Part shown: positions 47,064-57,948 of the stretch, one piece after another
Numbering within the stretch: position 1 is the stretch's first letter
Layout of the letters: every line of letters starts with the position of its first letter
Origin: Mollicutes bacterium
Lineage (GTDB): Bacteria > Bacillota_I > Bacilli_A > RF39 > UBA660
Direction of reading: 5' to 3'
NCBI GenBank assembly: GCA_012520435.1
Contig: JAAYOI010000007.1
Location: forward strand, 964-64,963
DNA length: 64,000 nt
Notes under the pieces: model-generated
What the model saw: the letters and a program-made list of their open reading frames with translations, nothing else
Told to the model about the DNA's origin: nothing
Databases searched by the model: none
Translations under genes and position numbers: made by a program

Positions 47064-49886
47064 ATGGATAAGATAATTGTTAAAGGTGCAAGAGAAAATA
47101 ATTTAAAAAATATTGATATTGAATTACCTAAAAACAAATTAATTGTTATGACTGGTGTTAGTGGTAGTGGTAAAAGTAGTCTAGCATTCGACACTATATA
47201 CGCCGAAGGACAAAGAAGATATATTGAAAGTTTAAGTGCGTATGCTAGACAATTTTTAGGTGGTAGTGAAAAACCTGATGTTGATAGTATTGAAGGTTTA
47301 AGTCCATCGATTAGTATTGATCAAAAAACAACTAATCGAAATCCTCGTAGTACGGTTGGAACAGTTACCGAAATATATGATTATTTAAGACTTTTATATG
47401 CCCGAATTGGAATTCCATATTGTCCTATTCATCAAAAACCTATTACTAGTCAAAGTATTGAAGAGATGACTAATCAAATTTTAAATTTAGAAGAAAATAC
47501 CAAAATTAGAGTTTTAAGTCCGATTGTTCGTGGTGAAAAAGGAACTCATAAAGAATTGATTGAAAAACTTCGTAAAGATGGATATGTTCGAATAAGGATT
47601 GATAACACAGAATATGATTTGATGGAAAATATCGAACTTGATAAAAATAAAAAACATAATATTGATGTTGTTATTGATCGCTTAATAATTAAAGAAGATA
47701 TTCGAAGTCGTTTATATGAATCAATTGAACTTGCTACTAAATTAGCTAAAGGTAAAGTTGTTATTGATGTTATTGGTGGCGAAGAAATTTTAATGAGTGA
47801 AAACTATGCATGTCCAGAATGTGATTTTTCCCTTCCTGAATTAGAACCTCGCATGTTTTCTTTTAATGCTCCATATGGTGCTTGTGAAGATTGTAAAGGA
47901 TTAGGTATTAAGTTAAAAGTTGATGAAGATTTAATTATTGCTGATTCTAATTTAAGTATTAAAGAAGGAGCTATTATTCCTTTAAATAATACCGATAATA
48001 ATATCTTTTTTACAATTTTAGAAGAAACTTGTAAATTATATAATATTGATTTAAATAAACCTATTAAAAAATTAAGTAGAGAAGAACTAGACATTATCTT
48101 TTATGGTTCTCCACAACCAGTTGACATCAAGTATGTGTCAAAAAATGGTAATGTTCGTTATAGTAAAGAATATTATGAAGGTATTATTACCAACTTAGAA
48201 CGTCGTTATATGGAAACTAAAAGTGGATGGATTCGTGAATGGATTGAACAATTTATGACGGAACTACCTTGTCCTACTTGTCATGGAGCAAGATTAAATG
48301 ATGCGGTTTTATCAGTCTTCATTAATAAAAAAAATATTTATCAATTAACGGAATTAAGTATTCGTGAATTAAGTGAATTTTTTGATAATTTAAAACTAAA
48401 TAAAGAACAAACAGAGATTGCTAGATTAGTTATAAAAGAAATTAAATCGCGTTTACAATTTTTAATAAATGTTGGTCTTGAATATTTAACACTTAGTCGT
48501 GAAGCTAGTACCTTAAGTGGTGGAGAAATGCAACGTATTAGACTCGCAACTCAAATTGGATCACAATTAACTGGTGTTTTATATGTTTTAGATGAACCAA
48601 GTATTGGTTTACATCAACGTGACAATCAAAGATTAATTAATTCATTATTAGAAATGCGTGATTTAGGTAATACTTTAATTGTAGTTGAACATGATATGGA
48701 AACAATGCTTGCCAGCGATTATTTAGTTGATATTGGACCAGGTGCAGGCCTTCATGGTGGTGAAGTAGTAGCTGCCGGAACACCTGAAGAAGTTATGAAA
48801 AATCCTAATAGTATAACTGGTAGATATTTAAGTGGACTTGAGAAAATAGATATTCCTAAAATAAGACGTAAGGGTAATGGTAAATTTTTAGAAATAATAG
48901 GAGCTAGAGAAAATAATTTAAAAAATATTGATGTTAAAATACTACTGGGAACATTTACTTGTGTTACTGGTGTAAGTGGTAGTGGTAAAAGTAGTTTAAT
49001 TACGGAAATTTTATATAAAACAGTGGCTGCTAATCTTTATAAAACAAAAGAAAAACCAGGTAAATGTAAAGAAGTTAAAGGATTAGAAAATATTGATAAA
49101 GTTATTAATATTTCACAAGATCCAATTGGTAGAACGCCAAGAAGTAATCCCGCTACTTATACTGGTGTTTTTGATGATATTCGCGATGTTTTCGCATCTA
49201 CCAAAGAAGCTAAGATTAGAGGTTATGATAAAGGGAGATTTTCATTTAATGTTAAAGGTGGTAGATGTGAAGCGTGTTGGGGTGATGGTGTTAAAAAAAT
49301 TGAAATGCATTTTTTACCTGATGTATATGTTCCTTGTGAAGTATGTAAAGGAACGCGTTATAACAGTGAAACATTAGAAATTAAATATAAAGGTAAAAAT
49401 ATTTATGATGTTCTTGAAATGCGAGTTGAAGAAGCAATTGAATTTTTTGAAAATATTCCAAAAGTTAAAAATAAATTACAAATGCTTATGGATGTAGGAC
49501 TTGCATATATAAAGCTAGGACAAGGAGCCCCAACTTTAAGTGGTGGGGAAGCAAGTCGTATTAAATTAGCAAAAGAACTTCAAAAGAAACCTACTAGTAA
49601 AAGTTTATTTATCTTAGATGAACCAACTACTGGGCTTCATAGTGAGGATATTAAAAAACTACTAATAATTCTTCAAAGAATTGTTGATAATGGTGATACC
49701 GTTATTGTTATAGAACATAACTTAGATGTTATTAAAGTAGCAGATTATATTATCGATTTAGGTCCTGAAGGTGGTAATTTAGGCGGGGAAGTAATTGCTA
49801 CTGGAACACCTGAAGAAATAACAAAAGTAAAAGAAAGTTATACAGGTGAGTTTTTAAAACCATTACTAGAAAAAGATTCAAATTAA
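47064..49886 (+). CDS. uvrA: excinuclease ABC subunit A
   Basis: Two ABC ATPase modules (GVSGSGKSSLAFDT, GVSGSGKSSLITE; LSGGE signatures) and zinc-finger Cys clusters. 940 aa. Confidence 0.95.
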   Translation: MDKIIVKGARENNLKNIDIELPKNKLIVMTGVSGSGKSSLAFDTIYAEGQRRYIESLSAYARQFLGGSEKPDVDSIEGLSPSISIDQKTTNRNPRSTVGTVTEIYDYLRLLYARIGIPYCPIHQKPITSQSIEEMTNQILNLEENTKIRVLSPIVRGEKGTHKELIEKLRKDGYVRIRIDNTEYDLMENIELDKNKKHNIDVVIDRLIIKEDIRSRLYESIELATKLAKGKVVIDVIGGEEILMSENYACPECDFSLPELEPRMFSFNAPYGACEDCKGLGIKLKVDEDLIIADSNLSIKEGAIIPLNNTDNNIFFTILEETCKLYNIDLNKPIKKLSREELDIIFYGSPQPVDIKYVSKNGNVRYSKEYYEGIITNLERRYMETKSGWIREWIEQFMTELPCPTCHGARLNDAVLSVFINKKNIYQLTELSIRELSEFFDNLKLNKEQTEIARLVIKEIKSRLQFLINVGLEYLTLSREASTLSGGEMQRIRLATQIGSQLTGVLYVLDEPSIGLHQRDNQRLINSLLEMRDLGNTLIVVEHDMETMLASDYLVDIGPGAGLHGGEVVAAGTPEEVMKNPNSITGRYLSGLEKIDIPKIRRKGNGKFLEIIGARENNLKNIDVKILLGTFTCVTGVSGSGKSSLITEILYKTVAANLYKTKEKPGKCKEVKGLENIDKVINISQDPIGRTPRSNPATYTGVFDDIRDVFASTKEAKIRGYDKGRFSFNVKGGRCEACWGDGVKKIEMHFLPDVYVPCEVCKGTRYNSETLEIKYKGKNIYDVLEMRVEEAIEFFENIPKVKNKLQMLMDVGLAYIKLGQGAPTLSGGEASRIKLAKELQKKPTSKSLFILDEPTTGLHSEDIKKLLIILQRIVDNGDTVIVIEHNLDVIKVADYIIDLGPEGGNLGGEVIATGTPEEITKVKESYTGEFLKPLLEKDSN

Positions 49887-49961
49887 GTTTGAATCTTTTA
49901 GTTTGGCATTATTTATGATATACTATTATTAGAAGATTAAAAATTAGAAGGAAGGTATATT

Positions 49962-50663
49962 ATGACACCACATATTGAAGCTAAAAAGGAAGATATTGCT
50001 AGTATTGTTATTATGCCAGGTGATCCTTTAAGAGCTAAATATATTGCCGAAAATTATTTAACTGATTATATGTTAGTTAATGATGTTAGAAATATGCTAG
50101 CATATACCGGTTATTATAAAGGGAAAAGAGTAACGGTTATGGCATCCGGGATGGGTAATCCTAGTATGGGAATTTATTCTTATGAACTTTTTAAATTTTA
50201 TGATGTTGATACTATTATTAGAGTAGGATCATGTGGTGCATATACTAAAAATTTAAATTTATATGATTTAATATTAGTAGAAGAAAGTTATTCTGATTCT
50301 AATTATGCATTTGTGCAAAATGGTTTTAAAGATAAAATTATTACATCATCATCAGAATTAAACGAAGTAATAATCCAAAAATCTAAAGAATTAAATATCA
50401 ACCTTAATATTGGACGTATTCATTGTACAGATGTTTTTTATAAAGATAATAATCCATTTAAAGAATTATATGAAAAATATAATTGTCTTGCAACTGAAAT
50501 GGAAACATTTGCTTTATTTTCTAATGCTAAATATTTAAATAAAAAGGCAACATGCATTTTAACTGTATCTGATAATCTTGAAACTAAAGAAGAAACAACT
50601 AGTGAAGAACGTCAAAATGCTTTTACGCAAATGATTGAGCTTGCTCTTGAATCAATATTATAA
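49962..50663 (+). CDS. deoD: purine nucleoside phosphorylase DeoD-type
   Basis: VIMPGDPLRAKYIAE...SGMGNPSMGIYSYEL...ATEMETFALF is PNP/UDP family-1. Confidence 0.85.
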   Translation: MTPHIEAKKEDIASIVIMPGDPLRAKYIAENYLTDYMLVNDVRNMLAYTGYYKGKRVTVMASGMGNPSMGIYSYELFKFYDVDTIIRVGSCGAYTKNLNLYDLILVEESYSDSNYAFVQNGFKDKIITSSSELNEVIIQKSKELNINLNIGRIHCTDVFYKDNNPFKELYEKYNCLATEMETFALFSNAKYLNKKATCILTVSDNLETKEETTSEERQNAFTQMIELALESIL

Positions 50664-50702
50664 AATCTTATAATCAACATATACTAAAAACGAGGTGGAA
50701 AA

Positions 50703-51986
50703 ATGAAATATAAAAAATATCCTATTGGTCCATATAATCTTCATATTATTAATACTGATAAATTTAAAACAATTACCATTTTTTTTAATTTTAAAAGAAA
50801 AATAGTAAAAGAAGAAATTACATATCGTAATATATTAAGAGATATTTTATTTCAATCATCTAAAAAATATCCTACATCTCGTTTATTAAATATGGAAATA
50901 CAAGAATTATATGATATTAAATTAGAAAATCGATTACATCATTCTGGTCATTATTCTATGATTTCTTTTAGTGGTCAATTTCTTCATGAAAAGTATACAG
51001 AAGAAGGTATGATAGATAAATCGATAGCTTTTTTATGTGAATTAATTTTTACTCCTAATGTTAGTAATCGTAAATTTGATAGTCAAACTTTTATTAATTC
51101 TAAAAACCATATTAAAGAAAAACTTGAAAGTTATAAAGAAGACTTAAAAAACTATAGTTTTCAAAGAATGTTTGAAGTAATGGATGAAAAATCTGTTATT
51201 TCTTATCGACCAATTGGATATTTAGAAGATTTAGAAAAAATTAATGAAAGTAATTTGTATAAATATTATGAAAATGTTATCAAAAGTGATTTATTAGATA
51301 TTTTTGTTATTGGTGATGTTGATAATACTAAAATAAAAAATATGATTATGGAAAAAGTGCCGGTTAATACTCTAAAAAAACCAAGTAAAAGTCATTATGT
51401 TACACATAAACATTATCGTAAACGTGCTCGTAAAGTTATTGAAGATGATGATATTAATCAAAGTCGTTTAGTAATGGGATGTAAATTGGATAAATTAACT
51501 GATTTTGAAAAAAAATATGTAGGAGCAGTTTATTCATTTATTTTAGGTGGTGGACCTGATTCTAAATTATTTAAAACAGTTAGGGAAAAGCATTCATTAT
51601 GTTATAGTGTCAATTCTAATATTAGAACGATTTCTAATTTATTAATCATTTATGCGGGAATTGATAGTAAAGATTTTGAAAAGGCTGAAAAACTTATTCG
51701 CAAAGAAATGAAAAACATAGAAAATGGAAAATTTACTGAAGAAGATATCGAAAAAGCTAAATTAACTTATTACAATAGTTGTAAAGAAATATTAGATTCT
51801 CCTTATAATATTATTAATACTTATGTTTCTTATGAATATTTAGGAATGGACTTATTAGAGGAAAGAATGAAAGAAATTAATAAAGTAACCAAAGATATGG
51901 TTATTAAATTTAGTAAAAAGGTACATTTAGATACGATTTATTTATTGAAAGGAGATAGTTTAGATGCAGAAAAAAACACTCCTTAA
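50703..51986 (+). CDS. M16-family (pitrilysin-like) peptidase, non-catalytic partner subunit
   Basis: Insulinase-like fold, 427 aa, lacking the HxxEH zinc motif. Paired and overlapping with the downstream M16 gene, like B. subtilis ymfF/ymfH. Confidence 0.6.
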   Translation: MKYKKYPIGPYNLHIINTDKFKTITIFFNFKRKIVKEEITYRNILRDILFQSSKKYPTSRLLNMEIQELYDIKLENRLHHSGHYSMISFSGQFLHEKYTEEGMIDKSIAFLCELIFTPNVSNRKFDSQTFINSKNHIKEKLESYKEDLKNYSFQRMFEVMDEKSVISYRPIGYLEDLEKINESNLYKYYENVIKSDLLDIFVIGDVDNTKIKNMIMEKVPVNTLKKPSKSHYVTHKHYRKRARKVIEDDDINQSRLVMGCKLDKLTDFEKKYVGAVYSFILGGGPDSKLFKTVREKHSLCYSVNSNIRTISNLLIIYAGIDSKDFEKAEKLIRKEMKNIENGKFTEEDIEKAKLTYYNSCKEILDSPYNIINTYVSYEYLGMDLLEERMKEINKVTKDMVIKFSKKVHLDTIYLLKGDSLDAEKNTP

Positions 51987-53241
51987 TTTGAATTTGGAGC
52001 TTTATGAAGATAAATTAAGTAATGGTTTAGAAATATATGTTGTTCCTAAAAATGTTAATGGAATTTATGCAACTTTTTCAACTAAATTTGGTTCGATTCA
52101 TAATACTTTTGTACCTATAGGAGAAGAAGAATTAATTACTGTTCCAAATGGTATTGCCCATTTTCTAGAACACAAAGTTTTTGAACAAGAAGATGAAACT
52201 GATCCCTTTACCTTTTTTAGTGAAAGAGGGGCTGATGCCAATGCCAATACATCACAAATAAAAACGACATATTTATTTTCGGGAACAACTTTTTTCAAAG
52301 AAAATTTAAATTATTTATTTGATTATGTTCAAAGTCCATATTTTACTGATGAAAATGTAGAAAAAGAAAAAGGAATTATTGAACAAGAAATTTTAATGTA
52401 TCAAGATGATCCTTTTTCAAGAATTTATGAACAAAGTTTATTCAATTCTTTTGTTAAAATTTCTCATCGTTTACCGATTGCTGGTACGATTGAAACTATT
52501 AGAAAGATTACGAAAGAAGATTTATATAAATGTTATAATACTTTCTATCATCCTGCTAATATGTTTGTTGTTGTAACTGGTAATGTTAATCCTGATGAAG
52601 TTTATGATATTATTAAAACTAATCAAGAAAAAAAGTCTTTTCCTTCATCATTTAAAACAGTAATAAGACATAATAATGAACCTGATCATGTTTTTAAGAA
52701 AGAAGAAATTTTAGAAATGAATGTTACTATTCCTAAAATAGCTTTCAATTATAAATTTAATATTTCTAATCTTAATTATTTAAAACGTCATATCATTAAT
52801 TATATAGGTTTATTTTTTGATATTAAATTAGGTTTAACATCTTCATTTTATGAAAAGATGCAAAATGATAATATTTTAACAAGTGGTTTAGAAATAAGTT
52901 ATATTGAAACTGATAAACATCTTTTAATAATGTTATTTGCTGATACTAAAGAACCAGAAAAATTAATTGAAAATATTCAAAGAGAATTAGAAAACTTAGA
53001 AATAAGTGAAGAAGAATTTAATCGTAAGAAAAAATTATTACTTAGTTCTTATCTTTATATGAGTGATAATATTTATCAAATTAATCATAAGATTATGAAT
53101 AATATTGTTAAAGAAGGAGAAGTTATTACCGATGCTTATCAAGAATATAGTAATTATAATGTCCAAGAATTAAATGATATTATTAATAAATTATCTTTTG
53201 AACATCATAATTATGTTATTATTAAGCCTAAAAATAATTAA
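51964..53241 (+). CDS. M16-family zinc peptidase (catalytic subunit)
   Basis: Inverted zinc motif HFLEH (GIAHFLEHKVF) plus a downstream Glu-rich region. 425 aa. Confidence 0.7.
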   Translation: MQKKTLLNLNLELYEDKLSNGLEIYVVPKNVNGIYATFSTKFGSIHNTFVPIGEEELITVPNGIAHFLEHKVFEQEDETDPFTFFSERGADANANTSQIKTTYLFSGTTFFKENLNYLFDYVQSPYFTDENVEKEKGIIEQEILMYQDDPFSRIYEQSLFNSFVKISHRLPIAGTIETIRKITKEDLYKCYNTFYHPANMFVVVTGNVNPDEVYDIIKTNQEKKSFPSSFKTVIRHNNEPDHVFKKEEILEMNVTIPKIAFNYKFNISNLNYLKRHIINYIGLFFDIKLGLTSSFYEKMQNDNILTSGLEISYIETDKHLLIMLFADTKEPEKLIENIQRELENLEISEEEFNRKKKLLLSSYLYMSDNIYQINHKIMNNIVKEGEVITDAYQEYSNYNVQELNDIINKLSFEHHNYVIIKPKNN

Positions 53242-53296
53242 TACTTGCAAACATTTATAATTTATGATAAATTATTAACTAGTTAGGAGGTTCAAT

Positions 53297-53509
53297 ATGG
53301 AAATTGTGTTATTAACAATATCACTTTTCTTAATTGCCCTTGTTTTATTACAAAGTAGTAAAGCTGAAAGTGCTTCAAATATTATTTCGGGTGGAAATAG
53401 TGATTTGTTTGCTAATAGAAAAGAACGTGGTGGGGAATTATTTATTAGTCGTTTAACACTTACAGTTGGTATTATTTTCTTTATTTTATGTTTAATTATG
53501 GGCTTTTAA
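53297..53509 (+). CDS. secG: preprotein translocase subunit SecG
   Basis: 70 aa, two TM helices. LVLLQSSKAESASNIISGG matches the SecG signature (LLQ.gKg...gG). Confidence 0.8.
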   Translation: MEIVLLTISLFLIALVLLQSSKAESASNIISGGNSDLFANRKERGGELFISRLTLTVGIIFFILCLIMGF

Positions 53510-53563
53510 ATTTGTCATTTACTTGTCATTAATGAAAAATTAAATTTTAATTAACTTTTAAAT

Positions 53564-53590
53564 AATAGAATATTTCTATTATTTTTTTAA
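53564..53590 (+). terminator. intrinsic terminator after secG
   Basis: aatagaa-ta-tttctatt hairpin followed by a T-run. Confidence 0.45.
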
Positions 53591-53623
53591 TTTTTTTGTT
53601 ATAATATTTTATAGGGTGTTATA

Positions 53624-54649
53624 ATGGAAAACATATACGGGTATACGTTAAGTAGACTCGAAAATTATTTTATAGAAAGAAATGAAAAAAAGTTTAGAGT
53701 TATTCAAATATATGAATGGTTATATAAAAAAAGAGTTAATAGTTTTGATGAAATGACAAATATAAAAAAAGAACTTATTGAAGAATTAAAAAAAGAATTT
53801 AATTTAAATAAATTAAAAATTATTAAAAGATTAGATGGTAAAGATGTTCATAAATATTTATTTGCATTAGAAGATGGTAATAAAATTGAAGCTGTTTTAA
53901 TGAAACATAATTATGGTAATAGTTTATGTTTATCAACCCAAGTTGGTTGTAATATGGGGTGTACTTTTTGTGAAAGTGGAAGATTAAAAAAGGTAAGAAG
54001 TTTATATCCTCATGAAATGGTTTTACCGATATTACAAATTGAAAGCGATTTAAATATAAGAATTACTCATTTAGTTATTATGGGTATTGGTGAACCATTT
54101 GATAATTATGACAATGTTATGGAATTTATTAATATTGTCAATCATCCTAAAGGAATTGATATAGGAGCACGTCATATAACGATTTCTACTTGTGGTATCA
54201 TTCCTAAAATTGAAGAATTTATGAAATCAGGAAAACAAGTCAATCTAGCGATTTCCCTTCATGCTCCTAATGATGAATTAAGAAATAAATTAATGAGTAT
54301 TAATAAAGTTTATAAACTTAAAGATTTAATCGAGGTTATTAAAAAATATATTAAAGTAACTAAAAGACGAGTAACTTTTGAATATATTATGTTAAAAGAT
54401 ATTAATGATACACCAGAACTAGCTCATGAGCTTGTTAATTTATTAAAGGGAATTAATTGTTATGTTAATTTAATTCCTTATAATGAAACAAGTCATCATC
54501 GTTATCAAAAAAGTCCTAAAGAAAATATCATGAGATTTTATGACATTTTACAAAAAAATAAAATTAATGTAACGATAAGAAAAGAGTTTGGTAGTGAAGT
54601 TATGGCCGCTTGTGGACAACTCCGCTCGAACTATGAGGAGGAAAAATAA
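53624..54649 (+). CDS. rlmN: 23S rRNA/tRNA adenine-C2 methyltransferase RlmN (radical SAM)
   Basis: CLSTQVGCNMGCTFCESG radical-SAM cluster motif and the C-terminal Cys (MAACGQL). Located upstream of prpC-prkC as B. subtilis yloN is. Confidence 0.85.
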   Translation: MENIYGYTLSRLENYFIERNEKKFRVIQIYEWLYKKRVNSFDEMTNIKKELIEELKKEFNLNKLKIIKRLDGKDVHKYLFALEDGNKIEAVLMKHNYGNSLCLSTQVGCNMGCTFCESGRLKKVRSLYPHEMVLPILQIESDLNIRITHLVIMGIGEPFDNYDNVMEFINIVNHPKGIDIGARHITISTCGIIPKIEEFMKSGKQVNLAISLHAPNDELRNKLMSINKVYKLKDLIEVIKKYIKVTKRRVTFEYIMLKDINDTPELAHELVNLLKGINCYVNLIPYNETSHHRYQKSPKENIMRFYDILQKNKINVTIRKEFGSEVMAACGQLRSNYEEEK

Positions 54650-55383
54650 TGCAATATTATTATGCGACTGATTCGGGAAAAGTTAGAAGTCATAATGAAG
54701 ATAGTGTTATTATTGTCGAAAATGAAAATAAAGAATATTTAATGGTAGTTGCTGATGGAATGGGTGGACATCGTGCAGGTGAAATCGCATCCAATATCGC
54801 CGTTTCTCAACTTAGTAAAAGTTTTCAAGAAAAAGAAACCTTAGGTAGTAAGGAAGAAGCTATCAATTGGTTAAAAGATGTTGTTAGCGAAGCTAATATG
54901 TTAATTTATAAATATACGCAAGCTTATCCTGAAAGTTTAGGTATGGGAACGACGATTATTGTATGTGTTTTAACTAAAGATTACTTATTATTTGGTAATA
55001 TTGGAGATAGTTCGGGTTTTGTTATTAAAAATAAAAAATTACATAAAATCACAACGGATCATACTTTAGTTAATTTACTTGTCAAATCTGGTGAAATAAC
55101 GGAAGAAGCAGCTAAAGAACATCCTCGTAAAAATGTTTTAATGAAAGCTTTAGGAGCAACCACTTCCGTTGAAATGGATATTTTTGATGTAGAAATTGAT
55201 GTTGATGGTATTTTATTATGTAGTGATGGTTTAACTAATTTGTTAGATATTGAAGCTATAAATAGAGTTTTAAATGAGGATTTAACTTGTGAAGAAAAGG
55301 TAAAAAAACTAATTATTAAATCAAATAATCGTGGTGGCACCGACAATATTTCTATTGCTTATTTAGTAAAGGATGGTGATTAG
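54649..55383 (+). CDS. prpC: PP2C-family Ser/Thr phosphatase PrpC/Stp
   Basis: VADGMGGHRAGEIAS and DGLTN PP2C motifs. 244 aa. Confidence 0.85.
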   Translation: MQYYYATDSGKVRSHNEDSVIIVENENKEYLMVVADGMGGHRAGEIASNIAVSQLSKSFQEKETLGSKEEAINWLKDVVSEANMLIYKYTQAYPESLGMGTTIIVCVLTKDYLLFGNIGDSSGFVIKNKKLHKITTDHTLVNLLVKSGEITEEAAKEHPRKNVLMKALGATTSVEMDIFDVEIDVDGILLCSDGLTNLLDIEAINRVLNEDLTCEEKVKKLIIKSNNRGGTDNISIAYLVKDGD

Positions 55384-55384
55384 G

Positions 55385-57103
55385 ATGATTAATAAAGGAC
55401 AAAAGATTAATGACCGTTACCAAGTCGTTAAAATGATTGGTGAAGGTGGCATGGCTAATGTTTATTTAGCTTATGACACCATATTAGATCGTTATGTAGC
55501 TGTCAAAGTATTACGTGGTGACTTGGCAACTGATGAAAAATTTATTAGAAGATTTCAAAGAGAAGCTATTGCAGCTAGTTCTTTAAGTCATCCTAATATT
55601 GTGGAAATATATGATGTTGGTGAAGATAATGGTAAATATTTTATTGTTATGGAATATGTTAACGGCAAAACTTTAAAGAGTTTAGTTAAAAAACGTGGTG
55701 CTTTAACACTTCATGAAGTTGTTGATATTATGTTACAACTAACAAGTGCGATTGCTTGTGCCCATAATAGTTATATTATTCATCGTGATATTAAACCCCA
55801 AAATATTTTAATATTAGATGATGGTCGTGTTAAAATTACTGATTTTGGGATTGCCATGGCTTTAAATCAAAAAGAATTAACCCAAACTAATTCGGTTATG
55901 GGTTCAGTTCATTATTTACCACCAGAACAAGCTAATGGTTCAGGCTCAACCATTAAAAGTGATATTTATTCTTTAGGTATTTTAATGTATGAATTATTAA
56001 CCGGTAAAGTTCCTTTTAGAGGGGAAAATGCGGTTGAAATTGCGATAAAACAAATGAAGGAACAAATTCCTAGTGTTTGTCAAATTAATCCTGATATTCC
56101 TCAAAGTATTGAAAATATTATTTTAAAAGCATGTGCTAAAAATCCTAAAAATCGTTATGATAGTGTTTCTGAAATGTATCAAGATTTAGAAGTAGCTCTC
56201 AAAGAAGAAAATTCAAATGTTCGTCGAATTGTTTATAAATATCCAGAACATGAATTAGAAGAAACAAAAGTAATGCCAAAAGTTAATGAAATAAAAGAAA
56301 AATTAAAGGATCAAAATAGTGAAGATAGTATGAGTGATGGAAATGATAAAACAATTAATAAGATTTTAATTATTTTAGTATCTATTTTTATTGGTTTGGT
56401 TGCTTTGGGATGTTTGGCTATTATTATATATCCTAAGTTAACTGAAAAACCAGAAATTACAATACCAGATGTTTCAGGGTTAACAGTTGTTGAAGCTGAA
56501 AAACAATTAGAAAAATTAGGTTTTGTCGTAAGCAATGATGTAGAAGAAAAACATAATAGTGATATTGAAGAAGGAAAAGTTATTGGTACAAAACCACAAG
56601 TAGGAAGAAGTGTTAAGAAGGGAACAACTGTAACTTTAATTGTATCTTTAGGATCCAGAGGAATAACCTTAGAAGATTACGTTGGTAAAAATTATTATGA
56701 AGTAAAAGCCACTTTAGAAGCTGTTGGAATAAATGTTATTATTGAAGAAAAAGAAGTTGAAGATAAAACCAATGTTAAAGCTGATATAATTATTGAACAA
56801 AGTATAGAACCAGGTACAGAATTAACTGAAGGTGATACCATTATCTTATATATTCCTGATATTGTTACGGAATATCCTGATTTTGTAACTGAAGGTTGGA
56901 GCGTTAAAGAAATAGAAGCCTTTTGTGATGAATATGATATTAATTTAAATATTAATTATCAAGAAACAGAAGAATATCCTGATGGAACAGTTTTAGCTCA
57001 AAGTTTTCCAGCTGGAAGACGAGTTGTCCCTAATACAACTTTAACCATTACTGTAGCAACCCCTCCAGTTCAAGAACCTATTGAAGAGGAACCTACAGAA
57101 TAG
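55385..57103 (+). CDS. prkC: Ser/Thr protein kinase PrkC with C-terminal PASTA repeats
   Basis: Kinase subdomains (GEGGMANVYLA...VAVK; HRDIKPQNIL; DFGIA). A TM helix. Three PASTA-like repeats (PDVSGLTVVEAEKQLEKLGF...). Start set at MINKGQ, just after the prpC stop. Confidence 0.85.
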   Translation: MINKGQKINDRYQVVKMIGEGGMANVYLAYDTILDRYVAVKVLRGDLATDEKFIRRFQREAIAASSLSHPNIVEIYDVGEDNGKYFIVMEYVNGKTLKSLVKKRGALTLHEVVDIMLQLTSAIACAHNSYIIHRDIKPQNILILDDGRVKITDFGIAMALNQKELTQTNSVMGSVHYLPPEQANGSGSTIKSDIYSLGILMYELLTGKVPFRGENAVEIAIKQMKEQIPSVCQINPDIPQSIENIILKACAKNPKNRYDSVSEMYQDLEVALKEENSNVRRIVYKYPEHELEETKVMPKVNEIKEKLKDQNSEDSMSDGNDKTINKILIILVSIFIGLVALGCLAIIIYPKLTEKPEITIPDVSGLTVVEAEKQLEKLGFVVSNDVEEKHNSDIEEGKVIGTKPQVGRSVKKGTTVTLIVSLGSRGITLEDYVGKNYYEVKATLEAVGINVIIEEKEVEDKTNVKADIIIEQSIEPGTELTEGDTIILYIPDIVTEYPDFVTEGWSVKEIEAFCDEYDINLNINYQETEEYPDGTVLAQSFPAGRRVVPNTTLTITVATPPVQEPIEEEPTE

Positions 57104-57110
57104 GAGGATT

Positions 57111-57944
57111 ATGGAAGGTAGAATTATTAAAGTTATTAGTAATGATTATTCAGTTTTAGTTAACAATCAAATATATATTTGTAAACCAAGGGGAAAATTT
57201 CGTAATATAAAGATAACCCCTTTAGTTGGTGATATTGTAACTTTTGATCCTATCAATAATTATCTTTTAGAAATAAAATCAAGAAAAAATTCTTTAATTA
57301 GACCACCAATTAGTAATATCGATCAAGCAGTTATTATAACGAGTGTTAAAGAACCAGACTTTTCTACTAATTTATTAGATAAATTATTAGTAATAATTGA
57401 ATTTAATAATGTTAAACCAATTATTTGTTTTACTAAACTAGATTTATTAAATAAAAATGAATTAAAAGAAATTAAAGAATATATTAATTATTATCAAAGA
57501 ATCGGTTATGATGTTTATTTAAATACCGAAATAAATAAAATTAAAAAAATATTTAAAGATAAGGTAACTGTTTTTACAGGTCAAAGTGGTGCTGGTAAAT
57601 CAACTTTATTAAATCATTTAGATAAATCTTTAAATCTTAAAACGGATGAAATATCAGTTGCTTTAGGACGGGGTAAACATATTACTAGACATGTTGAATT
57701 AATTCCTTTATTTGGGGGATTAGTAGCCGATACCCCAGGTTTTTCAGCCATTTCTTTTATCGATATGACGAATAATGATATTAGAGATAATTTTATTGAA
57801 TTTAATGAATATCGCCATAATTGTAAATATAAAGATTGTATGCATAATTTAGAAGATGGTTGTTATATAAAAGAAAAAGTAAATGACGGAACTATTTTAA
57901 AAAGTCGATATGAAAATTATTTAAAGTTTATTAATAGGGAGTGA
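57111..57944 (+). CDS. rsgA: ribosome small-subunit GTPase A (RsgA/CpgA/YloQ)
   Basis: OB domain. Circularly permuted GTPase (TKLDLL...; GQSGAGKSTLLN). Zinc-finger CxxxxC...H...C. Start at MEGR, which has an AGGAGG RBS. Confidence 0.85.
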   Translation: MEGRIIKVISNDYSVLVNNQIYICKPRGKFRNIKITPLVGDIVTFDPINNYLLEIKSRKNSLIRPPISNIDQAVIITSVKEPDFSTNLLDKLLVIIEFNNVKPIICFTKLDLLNKNELKEIKEYINYYQRIGYDVYLNTEINKIKKIFKDKVTVFTGQSGAGKSTLLNHLDKSLNLKTDEISVALGRGKHITRHVELIPLFGGLVADTPGFSAISFIDMTNNDIRDNFIEFNEYRHNCKYKDCMHNLEDGCYIKEKVNDGTILKSRYENYLKFINRE

Positions 57945-57948
57945 TTCC

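Noticed and set aside
53510-53623. Looked for ssrA (tmRNA)/smpB downstream of secG, and for tRNA, rRNA or CRISPR repeats anywhere in the window.
   Set aside because: No tRNA-like cloverleaf-sized GC-rich islands, no rRNA-like conserved stretches and no regularly spaced direct repeats were seen. The intergenic regions are short and AT-rich and contain only promoter/terminator-type signals.
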